DNA of 64,000 nt from Macrostomum lignano (lineage: Eukaryota), in assembly GCA_002269645.1 (NCBI GenBank), contig NIVC01001703.1, forward strand, positions 1-64,000, given 5' to 3'. Below are positions 62,301-64,000 of this stretch, one piece after another. Below the pieces are notes generated by a model. That model was not told the origin of the DNA and searched no databases. It saw only the letters and a list, made by a program, of their open reading frames with translations. The translations under genes were made by a program, and so were the position numbers. Numbering within the stretch: the first letter of the stretch is position 1; every line of letters begins with the position of its first letter.

Positions 62301-63439
62301 TTAGTCATGTATGTACACATTAGTCATGTATATACACATTGGTCATGTACGTACACATTAGTCATGCAGCTTCAAATCAATTTTGTTCACCCCCAGGTGC
62401 TGATCCCCCGCCTGGACCACACCCGAGCTGTGAGCTTCTTCGCCAAGGAGGGCAAGGTGGCCATGGTGAAGCCCTACCTCAAAGCGGTGCAGCAGAACAA
62501 CAACAAGCACATCAACGAAGCTCTGAACAGTCTGTACATCGAAGAGGAAGACTACCAGAGCCTACGCGCCAGCATCGAGGCATTCAACAATTTCGACAAC
62601 ATCGGGCTGGCGCAGAAGTGCGAGAAGCACGAACTGCTGGAGTTCCGTCGGATTGCGGCGCTGCTGTACAAGGGCAACAACCGGTTCAGTCAGAGCATCG
62701 AGCTGTGCAAGCGCGACCGGCTGTACAAGGACGCCATGCAGTTCGCTGGCGAGTCGCGGGACTCCGAACTGGCCGCCGCCCTGCTGCAGTGGTTCCTGGA
62801 TGAGAAGCTCACCGAGTGCTTCAGCGCCTGTCTGTACCAGTGCTACGACCTGCTCAAACCGGACAGGGTGATGGAACTGGCCTGGCGGTACAACCTCATG
62901 GACTACACGATGCCCTACATGGTGCAGGTCATGGCCGAGTACCAGGCTCGGCTGGAGCGGCTCGAGCAGGCCGAGGCTGTGCGGGCTGAGAGCGACGAGA
63001 AAGCTAATAGCGATGGCAACCCCATTGTGATGCAGAGTGAGTGCTGGCTGGTTTGGGGACAGACAGACAGGCAGGCAGACAGATAGACAGACAGGCAGGC
63101 GTGCAGACAGACAGGCAGACAGACAGACAGACAGACAGACAGAGACAGACAGGCAGACACAGACAGACAGACAGACAGGCAGACAGACAGACAGACAGAG
63201 ACAGACAGACAGGCAGACAGACAGACAGACAGACAGAGACAGACAAACAGACAGAGACAACAATAAATCCGCAGCAACTCGCCCGCCCACCCTCAGCCAA
63301 CCCCATGCTGATGCTGACCAGCGCTCCCCATCACTCGATGATGCCGCAGCAGCCGGGCTACCCGCCGCCGCCGCCGCCTCCCGCCGGCCCTTTCTACGGA
63401 GCCGGCAGCGGCCTGCCGCCGCAGGGGCATCACTTCTGA
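41307..63439 (+). CDS. CLTC: Clathrin heavy chain, complete, 1684 aa, 13 exons: 41307-41348, 45058-45446, 46155-46395, 47236-47569, 48455-48969, 49762-50280, 51002-51379, 56848-57348, 57885-58214, 59535-60050, 61088-61594, 62397-63036, 63297-63439
   Basis: [14 protein letters not shown]|[29 protein letters not shown]...[13 protein letters not shown], then CHCR repeats and the trimerisation region. All GT-AG borders are phase-consistent; exons sum to 5055 nt = 1685 codons. Confidence 0.97.
43450..43971. mobile_element. Foldback element with ~32-bp subterminal inverted repeats (ggcat.aaaggtgagcgag.tgcaca), GCACC/GTGCAC-rich arms, right end ...GGG; left end degenerate
   Basis: 43499-43530 is inverted relative to ~43912-43943. 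Confidence 0.55.
44088..44208 (+). mobile_element. Older, C-to-T-decayed copy (gamma) of the family-2 dispersed repeat
   Basis: tgctttgatgtgctagtggcctag...ccccaaagcacagtgaa aligns with the reverse complement of 51530-51665. Confidence 0.55.
44256..45028. repeat. 55-bp tandem repeat, ~14 nearly identical units, CLTC intron 1
   Basis: Period measured (44311, 44366...); one variable site (tacta/tactt). Confidence 0.96.
45660..46030. repeat. 33-bp minisatellite (gaaagattcccctctagtgattctccattcttt), CLTC intron 2
   Basis: Read directly. Confidence 0.88.
46530..47125. repeat. 27-bp minisatellite (ctctgagattccccactttgattccct), CLTC intron 3
   Basis: Read directly. Confidence 0.92.
47645..48260. 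repeat. 23/24-bp minisatellite (ttgtttatcctcccctgacaatc), CLTC intron 4
   Basis: Read directly. Confidence 0.92.
49000..49680. repeat. 23-bp minisatellite (cccctagaatcgccctcaaagca), CLTC intron 5
   Basis: Read directly. Confidence 0.93.
50300..50780. repeat. 22-bp pyrimidine-rich minisatellite (cccatctctcatcctattctac), CLTC intron 6
   Basis: Read directly. Confidence 0.9.
51465..51695 (-). mobile_element. Family-2 dispersed repeat / probable SINE, copy beta, CLTC intron 7
   Basis: Shares gagtgtacagcggc, gtacacttcactgtgccttgggg and gggccgctggcacatcagagcg blocks with 7500-7708. Confidence 0.6.
51696..56660. repeat. 34-bp satellite (tgaggatatggattgagacttctgggtgagattc; 36-bp variant), ~145 units, CLTC intron 7
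   Basis: Period 34 measured; it explains the spurious 877-1661 aa ORFs. Confidence 0.97.
57370..57810. repeat. Degenerate ~32-bp minisatellite (ggtgagattttgaagagatgtgtaatctgtt), CLTC intron 8
   Basis: Read directly. Confidence 0.8.
58240..59420. repeat. 30-bp minisatellite (aaatctcccaaatccctagattggaatctt), CLTC intron 9
   Basis: Read directly. Confidence 0.93.
60052..60985. repeat. 23/24-bp minisatellite (ctgagtattccgccccttagtag), CLTC intron 10
   Basis: Read directly; starts at the donor site. Confidence 0.94.
61645..62365. repeat. 19-bp minisatellite (tatgtacacattagtcatg), CLTC intron 11
   Basis: Read directly. Confidence 0.93.
63057..63260. repeat. (AGAC)n microsatellite, CLTC intron 12
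   Basis: Read directly. Confidence 0.95.
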
Positions 63440-64000
63440 GCCGCCATCGATTATGAAAGTTCACGTTGAAGTCTTTGACTTACCAATCTATTATAGACCT
63501 AGATATATAAACTTGAATGCAGGCGGTAAACAAACTTTAGTAAAAGGTAAGAAAAGTTTTGTTCAAATCCTGCGTTGCAAAATAAAACAAAAACAACTGC
63601 AGCAAAACTGTGATTTCACAATTACACTTTACACCCTGTTGTTTTGGTTACCTCCGAGTATGTTTGTTGGCTATTATTGCCAATTATAAGTTAGCTTGTT
63701 GGTTCAAAAATATATGATATTGTCTTTATTTGTTGTTTTTTTCCTTCAAAAATTTCTTTAAAGCAGTGTTCTGATTTCCGCTAAACACAACTTGCTCTGA
63801 GATGTTTCTAGGTTACTTAGTTAATTATTTATTCAGCTCCTTGTTGTACTTTTATTTTTAGCTATTCCGCTCATTTTGTCGGTTGTTTGAATTTATAGTA
63901 CTGTCAAGCAAGTAGGCAAGTGAGCGTGTTTGCTTGTTATATATATTTCTATTTACGAAGAGATGTCGCAGCTGCTCCTAATGAATTGCATTGTTTTTCT

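Overview
Eukaryotic (metazoan) genomic DNA with GC-rich exons and large introns filled with tandem repeats. Tandem repeats total about 24 of the 64 kb by hand tally. The style resembles a free-living flatworm such as Macrostomum (inference only). In order: (1) the 3' part of an axonemal dynein heavy chain (DNAH2-like, +, ends 6549); (2) an unannotated, phase-consistent multi-exon membrane-protein gene on the minus strand (last exon 7272-7403, extending to at least 18 kb and perhaps 20 kb), whose exon cassette is tandemly triplicated and contains a coding 21-bp VNTR; (3) TIM21 (-); (4) two convergent DM9-repeat lectin-like paralogues (+ and -) around an AT-rich block of nested mobile elements: a scrambled RTE-like LINE, two 2.5-kb non-autonomous DNA transposons with CCC...GGG ends and 2-bp TSDs, MITEs and a CORE-like SINE; (5) a complete 13-exon clathrin heavy chain gene (+, 41307-63439, 1684 aa) in which every one of the 12 introns carries its own tandem repeat. 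No prokaryotic features, rRNA, intact tRNA or CRISPR were found. All calls were made by eye without database searches.
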